DNA of 64,000 nucleotides, taken from assembly GCA_050084985.1 (NCBI GenBank), contig JBITNC010000001.1, forward strand, positions 49,042,001-49,106,000, written 5' to 3'. Positions 36,103 to 51,000 of the stretch are shown in pieces. The notes beneath the pieces are model-generated. The model had not been told where the DNA came from. It did no database searches and saw only the letters and a program-made list of their open reading frames with translations. This stretch comes from Nageia nagi (taxonomy: Eukaryota; Plantae; Pinophyta). Both the position numbers and the translations under genes were made by a program. Position 1 is the stretch's first letter, and the number at the start of each line of letters is the position of its first letter.

Positions 36103-39100
36103 TATTAACACCCACTTTTATAGCATTTTATTTCTCTTAAATAGGGTTAGAATAAAAAGTGCTCTGAAACCTACCCATCTCTTTACATCAAGAACCTTTG
36201 GGTTCTTGGTTGCATTTGATCAATGATTTTGTGAGTGTGAAAGAAATGGAAAACATAACTTTTGAAGTCTTGATCAAATTAATGGCAATGCTCAAGTTCA
36301 AAGTTCTAATAATGAAAGTATTAACATCTATATTTTAGGTAGGAAATTATGCCAATGCCAACATGCACATCAACAAGAATGCTATCATCAACACCAACAC
36401 TAAAAGTAGTGCCAATGCTATTAATAATGTATCCAATTTAGGTACCTTCACAAATGAGGAATTTAGACAAATTGAGTCCAAGGTTTATAAGCTTGGGAGC
36501 AAATCTGGAATCGGTTTAGATTAGATAGAGAATAAGGGTAATACTTTAAGCATAAAAATTCATAATACACTCCTTGTTGGTACAAATAAGGATCCTAAAT
36601 TCAAAAAATTTAATGGTGAAACTGATCCTATCATACATCTTCAAGGTTTTGAGTATATTATGGAACTTAAATATGGATTTAATTACCATTTTAAAGCAAA
36701 ATATTTTCCTATGAGTTTAATTAGTGAAGCTTGAAAGTGGTTTCATAGTTTGGAACCAGATTCTATTTCATCATATCAATAATCAAAGGATCATTTCAAG
36801 GCTCATTTTAGATGTAATATCAAGAAGCCAATTAATTTAACAAATTTGATCCATTGCAAGCAAGGAAAAATGGAAAGGTTGGATAAGTTTGTTCCTATGT
36901 TAGTGAAGCTTTGGAGGTCCATTGAAAAAAAGGTGTAAGAATACTTCATTACAAAGATATTCCTTGATAACATTAATTCTATTCTTGGTGAAAAAGGACC
37001 CGACCATGTTATTTATGTATATAGTTTATTTTCTTATTGAAAAAGAAGAGTTCTTAGTAAGATATAATTTGCTCATGTATGCATCCTATTATTACAACAA
37101 AGATAATGGTAGAAAACCTTATAATAAAAAGGGGTAGAACCAACCAATCAATACAAATCCAAAGATAAAAACTAAGCTAAAGAATTATATCTTTTACTTG
37201 TAAACCCTAATCAAATGTTCAAGGATTGTTTAGAAAATGGTCTAATCCAATGATTTCAAGGAAAGGAATATTGAACTAATGATGAAAAACCTATTTGGTA
37301 TAGGGATAATCATTTTTGAAAATATCATTAGGTTAAGAGGCATAATACAATAGGTTGATATGTTATGAGAAAGAAACTAAAACACTTTTTGGATAGTGGA
37401 ACAATATCATATGAAAATGATATCGTTAAAGCCAAATATCAAGACCTACCTTCCATTAACATGGTAAATATGATTGCATATGCTGATAATGGTGAACCAA
37501 TTGAATTTAATGATGTATTCAATGCAAAAGCATATTCAAATGTAGATTCAAATTTGGAACAAACATGTAGTACAACCACAAGATTAAGGAAAGTTATTCC
37601 TAACCTAGTTTCTGCCACACAAGAGGTACCTTCTACATCTTCTTTTAAGAAAAAGAAAAATATAAATGCAAAATAATATTCTATAAAATATAAAGAATAC
37701 CAATGATAAAATCAATTTTCTTGAGTTATTTAAAACATTTGAAGAACATATAATGACATTATTTGAACTCCTTAATGACATTGATGTTGATATTGTATTT
37801 CTACTAACTCATTGGTAGGAATGATTGATTATTTTAATAATGCTATAACATTTATTGAATATGAGATTCCTAATGATGATATCATTGATAAATGCTTTCC
37901 AATTCACATATATGTAAAGATATTAGGTAAGATTATCAAACATGCATTTGTAGATGATGGTGTAGGTTTGAACATTTGTTCTATTGATTTCCTCAAAAAG
38001 TTTGGTGGTAAACTGATGCCTAAGTTTGTATGAAAAAAGTACAAGATTATAGGTTATGAAAGTGATAGCAAAGCATGTGCCAATCAAATCATGTTTAGTT
38101 GGGACCAAATACAATAGAGATTATGACATATGTGTTAGATAAAAAGCTACCATATGCCATTCTTCTCAAGAGACCATGGATAATCTAATGAGTAATGTAC
38201 CATAAACATTACATAGATGAATCAAATTTAACCATAATGGATAAGAATTTGTAGTATAAGTAATAAAGAAAATCCAATCATGATTGCACAAGTTGGGAAC
38301 ACCATATTTCCTTATAGAAATGTTGAAATAAATGAGGATAATAATCATGATAATGATGAAGATGAAGTAGATACAAGTGATAGCATGTAATTGTACAAAT
38401 AAATAGATGTTGGCATATATGTCATTAGTTAGAGGGTCATTGAATATGACATTAGAAACCTTGGAATATGGAAAAAATCAAAGGAAGAACAACATCCATG
38501 ACAGCCTTAGTGATCATGATGCCCTCATTGCTACAAATGTAATTGAGATCAGTCTAAATAAAAAGATGATAATATCAAGATGAAATTGTATAATACAAAC
38601 ACATTAGAATTAGAATTAGAGTTTGATACTAATAATAAGAAGGTAGCAACCTATGCTAAGGTTACTACAAAGGTAAGATAAATTAGATGTCATTCACCAT
38701 TGATACCTCAATACATGGAATCTAGAAAGTACAAGGGTAAAGGAATCAAGCCAATTCAATTAGTGGAATAGGGAATTGAATAATTACATCTAAAAATGTT
38801 TGAATCAAATGAAGGAAGGAATGGAATAGGATCAAAGAAGATAATTCAAAAAAATTTGGTATCTTACAATAATTACGAAGAATTAGAAATAGAATCAAAA
38901 CCACAGTTAGTTAATATGGTTGAGCTAGTACCAATCAATAAGGAAAAATCACCCCAAAAGGTTAGTGTATATGCTAGCTCCAACATTCATGCTAGCCTCA
39001 ACATTGTGATAGGGAAATAAATTGCAATTCCTCTTAACCCATGCTTGAAAAGGTAGTTTCCAAGATTGTTGATGTATTTTAAATAGATGATATGTTTATG

Positions 39101-41877
39101 CACACACTAGGGACAAAATTAGATTTTTCAAGTATTTGATCCTAAGAGGAAAGCCAAGGTTATTTATCATCCTAATGCTTACTTTGGAGAGAATATAGAG
39201 GACATAGTAGGTTCTTCCCTGCTACACTAGCCAACCTTCTTCTTTCATTACATAGGGTTAGGCTAGGTAGCTAGGGTGTGTGTTTGCATATGACATTCTT
39301 TTTCTTATGATATAATAGGATTGGGGGCATTGCCTAACCTTTTTCATTTTGGTAATAAGATACCATGGTTGAATGAGAATCCTATTGAGATCAATATTAG
39401 TACATAAGAAGTGCCATAAATTGTTCATATTGAAACAAGAATCATTGGGGAAGATAAACAAGCATATCAATAGTTCTTAACAAAATTCAAGGACATGTTT
39501 TCTTGGAAATAAAATTACATGACAAGGTTATATCCATTCTTTATGAATCATAACCTAGTAGTACAAGAATATGCCAAACTTGTGCAACAGAAAAGAAGAC
39601 CAATGCACCCAAAGCATTCTTTGTTAGTTAAGAAGGAAATTAAAAAGTATCACAAGGTAAGATTTATTGAACCTATTGATTACTCATCTTGGTTGGCTAA
39701 CATTGTTCCAGATTTGAAACCAAATGGAGAAATCAAATATTGTAAATTTTTTAAGGATTTAAACAAGGCTTTTCCAAAGGATAATTTTCCTTTACCACAC
39801 ATTGATACAATTGTGGATTCAACAACAAGATATGATATATTGTATTTCATGGATGGTTTCTCAAGCTATAATCAAATCAAAATCAAAAAAGAAAATTAGT
39901 ACAAGAAAATATTCACCACACCTTGGGGAATATTCTATTGGGTAGACATACCCTTTGGCCTTAAAAATGCAGGGGAGACATACAAAAGAGCTATGGTATT
40001 ATGTTTCATGATCTCATTCATAAATCAATTGAAGTATATATTTATGATATTCTTGCTAAATCAAGTAAGAAAGAAAATCATTTATATGAATTAAGAGTTA
40101 TTTTTGAAAGAACGAGATAATTTAACTTGAAGGTAAATCCTAAGAAGTGTGTTTTTTGGGTATCTAGTAGCAATTTGCTTGGTTATATTATATCTATAAG
40201 AGGCATATAAATAGACCATAAAATGGTTAAAGCTACAATGGACATGCCTCCACCAAATAATATTAGGAAACTTAGAAGTCTACAAGGAATGTTACAAGCT
40301 ATCAAACAATTCATATATTAGTTAGAAGATAAAAAAGATCTATTATCTTACTTTCTTAGGAAAGGAAACAAGTTTATATGGACCAAAGAGTGTCAAAAGG
40401 CATTTAAGCATATCAAGAGTTATTTGCTTAACCCTCTAGTATTACAACTAATTGATCATAGCAAACCTCTATACTTATAAGTCTCATCTATAAGCAATAC
40501 CATGGGGATAGTTCTTATGCAACTTGAAAGAGAAAATAGGGAAAGGGCTATGTATTATTTATCAAAGACCCTACAAAATGCAGAAGTAAATTACGCACCA
40601 ATTGAAAAATTATATTATGTAGTAGTTTACACAACACAAAAATTGAGGCACTACATGATCACCAACACTACTTTTATTGTATCTCAAGCTAATCCATTGG
40701 GGTACTTGTTATCAAATCTATAGTGACAAGGAAGACTATCCAAGTGCATAATGGACCTACAAAAGTTTGATCTTTTCTATACATGTAAAAATGCCATTAA
40801 GGGACATGTTATAGCATATATGCTTATAACAACACCATGTGATACAAATAATAAAAAATGAACTTGTGGCACTAGTTGAACCATGTGATGATAGAACATG
40901 GACACTATTTTTTGATGGATCTAAATTTTTGCAAGGGGATGGGGCAAGGATTATGTTAGTATATTTCCTGAAGGTGGTATGATTCCTATGGCCTACAAAT
41001 TAAATTTTAAATGTACCAACAACATGGATGAGTATGAAGCTTTAGTATTGGGATTAAATAAAATGATTAATATTGGAATCAATAAGCTAAAAGTTTATGG
41101 TGATTCACAACTCATTATCAATCAAATAAATGATGGTTACAACACCAATGATGAGAAATTATAGCCATATAAGGACTTAGTTTCTTTTATGATTCAAATA
41201 TGCTTCACACAAATTTAATTTGAAAAAATTTCAAGGAACAATAACATATTTGTAGATGCTATGGCTAACATTTCTTCATTAACACCTATTTTAGTTGAAG
41301 ATGTGGAAACTATTATCAAAATCAATAGCCTTAGCTATTGTTAATTTATGGATGATGATGATTACAAAGGGTTGTTCTAAAGATATCAACTAAAGAGTGC
41401 TATTCTTCCACTACATGAATGGTATGTTGATATATACAACTACATAAAGTAAGGAAGGATTTTGGATTCATGTCAGTATAAGTTCCTCAAATGAAGGCTT
41501 AAATGCATTGCTACAAGTTATGTCATTATTGGTGATATTATTTACAAAATATCATTTGATGGTAATTTTATTAGATTCCTAAATTAAACTAAAGCAACTA
41601 AAGCTATGGAACAAATACATGATAGCATAAATGAAGGTCATTTCAATGGTAAAGTTATTTTTCATAAACTTCTAGGATTAGGGTATTATTGGCCATTTTT
41701 GGAAAATGATTGCATTTTACATATTCAAAAATGTGAAAAGTGTCAAAGCATGCTAACTTGAAATAATATACTTCTAGTGAGTTAGCCATAATGACATATC
41801 CTTGTCCTTTTGCTATTTGGGCTTTGGATTTGGTAGGTGTTATAAATCCCAAATCTAGTGAGGGGCACAAATTCATT
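35312..41877 (+). mobile_element. Tat-lineage (Ogre/Retand-type) LTR retrotransposon, truncated within integrase; no 3' LTR in the window
   Basis: Abrupt break of the tandem-unit homology at 35311. Gag PKFKKFNGETDP ~36595; protease FVDDGVGLNIC ~37950; RT 39519-40200; RH ~40450-40820; aRH WTLFFDGS...CTNN.EYEAL..VYGDSQL 40900-41280; INT stops after WALDLVGVINPKSSEGHKFI. Confidence 0.88.
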
Positions 41878-44800
41878 AAGATCTTCTAAAGATCCTTAAA
41901 TTATGAAATTCATGATCAAAAATATTATAGCATTTTACATACATGTGGATAATTATATCTTACCAAAACTTGTGCATGAATAAGTTAAATTTAAGTGTGA
42001 TGTGATTGATGAAATAATTAAGGAGTTGGCCCTTTGGAAGGGTATTATTAGTGATGTAGGTATTCAAGAGTCTAAGATATGTTGAAGATCATAGAGATTA
42101 GTATGTATCTAAATTTTTAGTATGAAAAATATGCATTTTGTGCTTCAACCTCCCTTCTTGAGAGAGGTGAGTGAGAGTAACATTCATATCATTTTGGTGG
42201 GTAAGTGATGAGATTGTATGACTTTGAAAATAAGGGAAATAATAGACCATCACCTATAAAAGAAAAGGAGGTAGAGGTGGTACTATGGCCATATATTTCT
42301 ATTTTTATTTATTCCTCTATCAATATATGATTTTCATTGCAAAATATGAATATGGAGAGGATTTATTTTATGAAATGGTGGAAGTGAGAATTTTTAGGTG
42401 GGGTCCTTTCAAACTTTATACCATCAATCAAGATAGCATAACTGAGTTTCCTTCATAAAAAAATGAAATCCTATGAAGGATATCAACACAAACTTACCCC
42501 TTTTTCTACAAATTCTTGCTTGATCTATTCCTAAAGGATTATCAAGGAATTAAACCTCGAAGTCCCTCCCTAGAGAACTTCGCTCTTGATAGTCTAACCA
42601 AACAAAGGAGACCACCCAAATCCAAAACCAAGAAGGTCAAACAATTCTTGTATAATAATTCATCCCATAAATAATGTAATAATATTGACTCATGATATTA
42701 ATATTTGCAACCCTCATCCATTATATTTGCATGCAAGTAAAACATATACAAAGGTTATACTATTATGGTTAGTTCCAAGTACTTCATTAGATCACATATT
42801 TTGAGGGCATCCTTATGTATTATTACACATTTTAGAGCACTCATAATCACAACATTCAATGAAAAATAATTTTTAGCTAATCTTTAATGAAATTAGTTAA
42901 TGAGATGCATGACACAAAACATAGTTTTATGGTCTGAAATGATTGCAAGATACACACAAAATGTATTTTCAAAAATAATGCAAAAAATACAAGGCACAAA
43001 CATATATGTAGAATGTAGAATGTAAAATCAAATTCATAGTTGTTAAATACTATTAGAAATATGTAGAACATTAATTAAAATACATAGAAAAATATAAAGT
43101 AGTTCATAGCTATTAAATACTATTAGAAAGATGAAAAACCTACTTTGAGTTGTGTAAGTTTAACTTGGCATTCTAAGGAGAGGAAGTTTTAAGATCTAGC
43201 TAGTCATCTTTTATTTTATCTATTTTTTTATAGGGATAATTATAAAATCTTCATTTTAAATCTTAATTTTCTCAAAAATCATGTAAATTATCTTACTATA
43301 ACCACTATCTTTTGATAAATAAGATCTTTTTTTATGAATCATGTTACTTGTTCAAGCAAGCTAAAGACTCCTATCTATGTAAAATTATAAAAGAATCAGT
43401 ACAAAAAAATAATAATATATTACCAAAATAAAAGGGAAGATAAACTTAATCAAAATTCAATATATGATATGGAAAAAGGTTTTATGGAAGGATTAATGCC
43501 TATTGGAGGAGGAGTATTCAAATACTTTGTGACCTTATGAAAAATTGCATAATAATGACACAATAAGTAATTTGTTTGATGCAAAATTATTTTCAACTAC
43601 TCTTTGATGGATTTCATATCTTTTTTTAGAGCTCAAATGGTGGTACATATTATAAGAATGCTTGTAAAAGTTACATAGTTTGATTTTATGTTAGGAACCT
43701 AGAAGATCTAAAAGGGGGTTTTAGCCAAAATAAAAATAAAATATAGAGTAATAACATATTCATAGTTTAATAGAGCATATATAGTTGAGAAGAGATATGC
43801 ATAATGGTGAATATTTGTAAATAAATGAATATAAGGGTTTTAGGTATTTAAGTATTCTAAATATGTGGATCCTAATTAAATTCCAAAAAGACTGAAATTT
43901 ACAAGAGTAAAAAAATTTCATGTCATCTCACCATGATTTTATAAAAATATTTATAAATACAAATGTAAATAGCATCTTATACCCCTAATATTTTTTCAAG
44001 AACTCACATTGAAATGATAAATAAGTTAATGTTTTCCAACATAAATCCTAATTATACCAATAATCTATACTTTATACAATATAGTCAGATACACCTACAT
44101 TCAAGCATTAAAGTCACTTTAGATCGATGAACATTTTAGATTTTAAAGGAAATTTGTAAGGAACCAAAAATCTCAATAAAAAAATATTTTTATCCCTAAC
44201 CATTAAAGCTTTCTCAAACATTAGATAGTATGGTTCATTTATCTTAGACTTAATTCACTTAAAACATAAACATAACTATACATTCATAATGATTGAGACC
44301 AAATAATCATTTATTTTAAAAATGCATTTTCATCAATTATATTATTCACAAAAATTTATAAATAAATTAAGTGAAACAACACATAAATATCCATTCAACA
44401 AAACATTCATATAACACTAGAAGTTTGAGCAAAGCTCTGGAAAAACTCTAGGTGTTTTTGATCTAAGTAAACTCTGTGTAGCAATGCTACCTAATAATAT
44501 TTTATTATCACCACTATAACATATTACAACTCATTATTCAAACAAGCACAAAACTACATCCAATCTAGGTTTACATGACTCTTCATGGATACCCTATTAC
44601 AATCAAATAAAATGATTGGTTTCATATAATATATGATCTTATCCATCACAAGGGCCTCTATGCGCTTCAACAATACATATCTATAGATGCATTAATTTAA
44701 ATTCAAATATCATCCCGCTTTCAATCAAATAAAAAGTTGATAAGAATCATAGCAATAAAATATTTCATAAATCCATCACTAAATGCATCTCCAAGCACTA

Positions 44801-45050
44801 AGGATTCAACATCCAAATGCATCACCATGCACATTATTCATATATGAGAAAGAACATCAACATTAAGTTCTTAAAATATTTTCATAATACTATAATCAAT
44901 AATAGCAAATATCTTCATCTAACCCATAGTAACTATAACTTACTTGCGCTTTTCTCTACTAAAACATGCCACTTTTGCATTGCAAGCATTCCTAGCAAAA
45001 AATACTACCACTATAGTATTGAACAAAAAAAAAAAAAACTATAAGGAATA

Positions 45051-45163
45051 TCATAATCTTAAAAAAATGATAGGAGTTACATTAGGTGTTTTATAAGCAT
45101 CATAATATTAAAAACATGATAGGAGTTACATTAGGTGTTTTATAAGCATCATAATCTTAAAAA
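45051..45163. repeat. 49-bp tandem duplication (~2.3 copies)
   Basis: tcataatcttaaaaaaatgataggagttacattaggtgttttataagca repeated almost perfectly. Confidence 0.9.
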
Positions 45164-46298
45164 TATATTAATGATTAATATTATGCAAAATAAACCAAAC
45201 ACCAATAATAACAATAGTCCTAAGTGATTATAGACTTGAGAGGCATCAACCAAAGGACATCAATATAAAGATATATATCAATTCAAGGATCTACTCAACT
45301 AAATCATCAAATGATCATGACCAAGAACTACGATTAAAGTAAATCTTATTTTATCTAAATGATATCATAGATTTTATAATCATATAAGATATAACATATT
45401 CAAACCATTTAATAGTTGACTAAGGATCTCAATTCCATAATTTAGAAAGTTGATTTAATTTCTTATTTAAGTCTAAGGTATCAACCTAACCTTACTCAAT
45501 CCTACTCTTGCCTCTCATAGATACAATTAAATAAAAAAAGGGTATATAAATTGAAATTTGTCTTATATGTGGTTTAAATAGCATAAACAAATTAAATACA
45601 TACACAAAATTTAAATTACACAACTCCTCTTTACTTAATGAACATTAGTTAGAAATCTTGATAAAGATAAGTTTAGATCTTTGAATATTAAGCTCAAACT
45701 TTGCAAGAACCTTAAAAAACCCCAAATGCATCTAAGTGGAAAGGGGTACCTCCAAACCTAGGTCCTTTGAGGCACCTAGGTGAGCATTAACTAAGTCTCC
45801 TCACTTAAAATGGCATGTGAGCCCCCAAGCCCTCAATTCATTAAGAACAAATGAATTATGTATGCCTATTATGTAAACACTTTAATCTATATGCTCTTTA
45901 GAAAAATTCAATGGTGGATTCAAACCATGGAAGGAACCTTTACATGTTTGGATTACTAAAAACAAGATTTAAGACTTTAAACTTTGAAAACCTTAAAATG
46001 TTTTAAATGCAAAGATCCTTGAATCAATTAGATTCAAGTATACCCATAAGATATAATGAGTGTTCACAATGCATGTTTAAGCTATTATGGATTCAAATAA
46101 CAATTCTAATGGTATAAATGCAAGATATCATGATTTTACACTAAACATCATACTACATGCACACAATTTGGTGGAAGATACAAGAGGTAGGTCTTCCCAA
46201 GCTTCTCCATGGTTGTACCTTCAAACCCTACAAAAAGTTTGAATACATGAAATACATACAATAATACAAAAATTCAACCATAGAAATTACATAGAGAT

Positions 46299-47769
46299 TA
46301 TTTTTTTTCAAAATCACACTCTAGAAGGGGTATAATTACTTATATTCTTTATTATTTCCCTTATTCACTTATTCATTCTTGAATAAAATCCTTCATTTAA
46401 TTTCCACCTATTATTCCCCTTTCTATTATATGTAAATACTTAGGTATATTGAGTCCTTGTTTTAAATATTTAAGTGAAATAGGGCCCACAAAAATCCAAA
46501 GGTGACATCATGCTTATTGATGAAAATCAACGGGATTTAACTCCTTTCATTACCGGGTCATCTAGAAGATCTCAATGGTGGGAGATATTACACTAAGCAC
46601 ATTCATTAGACTCCATTGATTTTAGGTGATGATGTCACATATTTTGAGAAAAATTAGCAAGTGGTAAGACTTGTAAGGTATCCAACAAAACTTTCCAAGG
46701 TAAAATAAGACCTGCTAAGCATAAATGAAGATTGTAAGAAGAAGGAAACACTTGGGTCCACTTAGTAAAGAGTATGTGACCCCTAAGACTCTACCAACAT
46801 GTTGAATATAGCTCATTTATATGTGGTAGTAGCATTTTACCTTCAAGATTTAATGATATATATATATATATATCTTCACCCTTATTATGGTTGCAACCCA
46901 AAGCTACAAAATAAAGACATTTAATGGTTGTGGAGAGTTAGGTGGCCACCACTTATAGAGATAGATTGATTGTACCTATCAGAATGGTGAATCATGCCTC
47001 ATAAATGTAGGATAAATCACAAATTCACCATGTTAAAAGAGAAAAAGTGATGTATTATAGATAATATGTTATGAAAATTAAATACTAAGAATCTCCAAGT
47101 CTTGCTGATAAATTAGGAGCATACTATATAATCAACTACAATTATAAATTACTTTGTACATATTGTATATATTTAAGTTTTCATTGTTCTTAGTCAAAGA
47201 TTTAGTTGTACTTATTAATGGTGGACAACTACCCTTTTTGTAAACTAAGTAGTATAAATAGTGGACTATTAGAAGTCCATAAGGTTGAACATTTTAGTAA
47301 AATTGCTCATTATAAGCTCTATTTTCATATATGATAATGCAATACTATGATATTTTTCCCTCTACATTTTGTGGCTATTATCTTACTTTTTGATTGTTAT
47401 GTATGAAGTTTAGTTCTAAATTATGGTTGTGTATTGCAATTATGAGGCCCTAACAATGAGATAGTTATACTATTCTTAATCTTGGTAATGGATTACTACC
47501 TATGTGGTAATGCTTGAGCTAACTAGTTATAGTTTGCTTTCTATAAAGTAGATTTAGTTTCTTTCCTATTACTCTTAACCTTTTTATCTCTTTCTAGTTA
47601 CTTTTGATCTATTTTATAGATAGGAACTAGTCTATAATCTGGAGATTGAGTAGAAAAATCCCATGAGTGCATTATCCCACCAAATTATATTCTTTCAAGA
47701 ACTCTACTATTGCAAGAAATGGAGAGCTACACTAGACCAAACCATAAGGTTACATTATATTGATCAATA
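46299..47769 (+). repeat. 5' LTR of element B (lacks ~365 bp present in the 3' LTR; expanded AT microsatellite at ~46856)
   Basis: Colinear with 58250-58416 and 58784-60075. Confidence 0.85.
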
Positions 47770-47786
47770 GTAGATAAGTTAATTTT

Positions 47787-47804
47787 TGGCATGCTTGATG
47801 GGAC
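47787..47804 (+). other. Primer-binding site, tRNA-Arg(UCU)-type
   Basis: tggcatgcttgatgggac differs from TGGCACGCCCGGTGGGAC only by transitions; 17-nt spacer after the LTR. Confidence 0.75.
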
Positions 47805-48099
47805 ATGAATAAAAATCCATATTTTGTGGTCATGAATAGGCCAGATAACTATGTATGGTAAGATATAACCTTGTGCTTAAAATATTATAGGGTTTATATA
47901 ACTTTATTAGTGATTTTGATGTTAAAACCAATCAATATTTCAAACCCTAACACCTTTAGAATGTAGATTTACTCAAAGTAGTGCCAAAAATTTCTTAAGA
48001 CAACCTAGATTTTAAGAGCTATAATTTTTTCAAAGGAGGAGTAGACAAAATATTTTTTAGACCTTGTCTCCTTAAATACCTTTAAGGGCTATCCCATTA

Positions 48100-51000
48100 A
48101 CAACTATATTTGAATTTGTCTAGCAAAATCCTTCACCTCATACAAGTGGTCCAACTATGGCTTAACCTACCCTTGTAGATTTCCCTAATTGGAGTAATAG
48201 TCATCCCTTAGTATTCCTTGCTAATTATCTAGCTATTCCCCAAGCCACATTTAAAGTCTTGCCTAAATATGATGGGTCAAAAAAATTCCTTATGAACATT
48301 ATCAAGATGTATCTGTACTAGATCCTAGCTTTGATACTAATGATGAAACTATCATGATGATATTATTGTCACATTATTTTGAAGAAAAAAATATTGAATA
48401 GTTTAGAACTCTCACCTCTTAATCCATAAATACATGGGGAGAGTTTTTTCAATATCTGATCAAGATATTTGCTAAAAATGGTGATTATAGGACTTTTTTG
48501 AGCCTCATAGCATGTATCAAAAGACATTCCCATGAGTCTATATATGATTTTAATTTAATATTTAAAAAAATTGAATTCCAATAAGGATAAAGACAAAAAA
48601 TTCTCAAGACTTGTTATATTATAGAAAATCATTTCTCCTAGACCTTAATGTATTGATTGCTATGTTAAGCAATACTTTTATATATGTCTATCAAATAGCT
48701 AAAACTACTAAACATACCTTGCTATCTTCTAGGAAGATATAGCCTAGATCCACTATACTCTTATTTCTTAATCTACCTCCAAAATATGCTCCATTATAAA
48801 TTCCTCATCTTGGAGTATTAGCCTTTCCACCTCCTCCTCCTAAACCTAGCACTCAAAACCAAGTGCCAATACTACCATCTCTTGCATCTACAAGTACAAA
48901 TACTAGTTCTAACTCATAAGAGGAAGAGAGGATAAGGAAATTGTATATAACTATTAGGAACCTAAAAAAAAACTCACTTTTCAAGATAGGTAGAATAAAG
49001 GATTCAATTATAGGAGATATGATAACTAATATTAGCCAATATTTCAACCCAAAAATAATCCACCAAAATAATCACCTACTCCTAAAGCTATAGAAAATGT
49101 AGCAGTGGTTAGTTTTGCATAAAGTGATTCTCTAGGTATTACAAAATGATATCCTCCTTATGCAACTCCACATTTTCTTGAATCTTGCATGGTATATCAA
49201 CATCAACATTTGGACTTACATTATGATAAAATGATAGAACCTACTTCAAACCATACCATATACCTTAACATGGTTAATTTTTAGGTTCTAGGTTATGCTA
49301 GAAAACAAGCCAACTATGTTCAAACTAGAGCTTCTACTTCAATAGCTCTACAGTAAGCCCAAATTTCTCTACAAAATTAGCAAACCATTCCTACTCAACC
49401 TGATCCAAAAAGAGCTAAAGATCATGTATCTCAAGCATAGAATCAAGTAAACCAACTTCCAAAATGATTGGGTCAAGTTTTGCAAGATGTAGATAATGTT
49501 GCTCCTATTGCAAAAAACCTTTCTCAGACTAGAAATGATATCCTAAAAAAAGAAATACCTACTCCATTAAGATATCCTTTTATAATTGAATGCCATAAAG
49601 AAAAGGCTACTCAATAATTCAAATCTCATCAGTATGTAAAAATAAGTAAGTCAACCTCTTATGTTCCATATAATATTATGAAATAATTGAAAAGAACACC
49701 TCTAAAATGATAATATTTGATGGATTGAGGATTCTAGGTCAAATTGGCCTTTTGCAAGAATCTTTGAAGCTTAAAAATAGCAAAAAAAGAGCTAATGAGG
49801 GAAATGTAGTGGTTGTAATTTATGATGATGTCCCTCCAACTCCTACAGGTATCAAATGACCTCCACCTTTTTATATATCCCTTACATTAGAACGTGGGTA
49901 GTTAACAATTGTATGATTGATATCGATGCTGCTATTACCATTATTCCTAAAGCTGTTGCAAATGATATGAAATTGTATATTACTTGATGCATAGATGGAG
50001 TCATACAACTAGATTATTCCCCTATAGATGTAATTGGTAGTGTTAAAGGAGTATTTATTACCTTAAATGCATTCCCTAACATTTGTGTAATTTAGGATAC
50101 TATTATAGTTTATCTTCCACTTCTATTTGGGATCTTTTTATCTAGAGAATTCACTACCAAGTTGAGAAAATACTTAGCCTTAGATTACACACACCTCCTA
50201 CTTCCTTTTGAGAATAAACAAGTCAAAATCCCAAATGAGGGTACTAAGTGTGTCCATATTGTGAAGATCTCTAAGAAAGCTTACATGAATAGTCTTGAGC
50301 AAGTAGAGGTATTTGAAAGGGATCCACTTAAGGAATCACTACTAACTACAAAAATTCTTTCAGCTAATGACCTCAATTATCTAGTCACTAACATTAGCTT
50401 AGGAAACTACTACTTATATGAAAATGTACAACCAATATTAGTCTCAGCTAAAAAAGAACATGAAGTGTGGATGATGTTATTTGATGAAGCTAGATGTAAA
50501 TATTGATATGGAGCTAGTGTTATCTTCAAATCACTTGAGAGACACATAAGAAGGTTTTCATTCAAATTCACATTGACTTGTACTAATAATGCTACTAAAT
50601 ATGAAGCTCTATGTTTAGAGATATCTAAAGCTATAATTGTTCATGGTGATTTTGAACTAGTCATAAATCAAGTAAAGGATAAGATAAACACAAGGAATCA
50701 CTATATGAAGACTTATAAGAATAGGATATGGGACCTAATGGAATCATTTTTGGCTATCAATTTAATCTCTATCCCTAGAAAGTATAATCAAATTGCTGAT
50801 GCACTTGTTGGAAAAGGAGCACATTTTAACCCTACTTATTATAAAAGAGGTAAGCCAAAGTCCTATGTAGGCCATATATACTTGGCACTACAAATTTTTG
50901 GTAGGTATTTGATTCCAATGAGCATATTGTAAATTTTTTAATAGATGAAGTAGTAGCTCACATATTTATGTAATAGAACTACCTAATTGATTTCAAGAAT

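Noticed and set aside
41900-43620. Weak LINE-like peptide hints (RIFRWGPF, YDMEKGF)
   Set aside because: Too short and not colinear with further endonuclease or RT motifs.
41876-43712. Possible terminal inverted repeats (agatcttcta / tagaagatct) bounding a DNA transposon
   Set aside because: Only ~10-bp core identity, no TSD and no transposase.
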